DNA of 64,000 nt from positions 102,426,001 to 102,490,000 of the forward strand of contig NW_024704743.1 of assembly GCF_018977255.1 (NCBI RefSeq), written 5' to 3'. A program made the position numbers and the translations under genes. Source of the stretch: Callorhinchus milii. Taxonomy: Eukaryota. Position 1 is the first letter of the stretch. Each line of letters starts with the position of its first letter. Below the pieces are notes generated by a model. It was not told the origin of the DNA and ran no database searches. It was given only the letters and a program-made list of their open reading frames with translations. Of the stretch, positions 63,546-64,000 are shown piece by piece.

Positions 63546-64000
63546 GATCTGTTTACAAGCAGACTTCATGTGCAGAGGTGAGGTATTGCAAAGTTTCAGT
63601 CGGGAACGCAGAACCTGTTAGTAAATCCAACTGTCTGTTTCTTTGCGAGCATTATTTCTAGAACCATTACAATTTGAATTAAGCTTAAAAATGATGGGAG
63701 AGGAATTCTAAATTCCTGCTCCAATACAGAATGTTAGGTCAATTCAAAGCCTATCAAATATTGCCTCTGAATCATAATCTGTTTCTTCATGCCTGTTGAT
63801 AAAAGTCAAAGTAAGTACATAATGATAATTTTGTTTGAATCGCCATTGATGGACCTCTGTTTGGTTGTGTGCAAGGTTTAAATGATATCACTTGCACCTA
63901 TTTATCAAACAATGTTGTAACAGTTTATCCCTCTAGCTCAGTGCAACATCACTCCTAGTATTTCCGTAAAAGATATTTTAGAAAAGATAAATTAAAATGT

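Overview
AT-rich, repeat-dense vertebrate genomic DNA with no protein-coding gene, true tRNA/rRNA gene or CRISPR array that I can support. Every recognisable ORF is a retrotransposon remnant or an alternative/antisense frame of one. The repeats are L2-clade LINE fragments with (TTG)n tails, CR1-clade 3' ends, tRNA-headed SINEs with a Deu-like domain and L2-type tails, and LF-SINE-like relics. This mix points to a cartilaginous fish, plausibly a chimaera (inference), and to intergenic or large-intron DNA. The structures that stand out are: (1) a non-autonomous Helitron-like element carrying a (GTCT)n microsatellite, present twice; for one copy the A|T empty site can be rebuilt base-exactly; (2) an abundant ~240-bp palindromic MITE-like family that younger elements have repeatedly inserted into; (3) an ungapped ~150-bp inverted repeat pair at 45.2-46.0 kb; (4) a young SINE whose 3' stem-loop matches the youngest local L2; (5) candidate regulatory DNA (a CTCF-motif cluster and a PBX/MEIS decamer); (6) a CpG-decayed Penelope-type hammerhead-like motif. 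Coordinates of old repeats are approximate and all alignments were done by eye.
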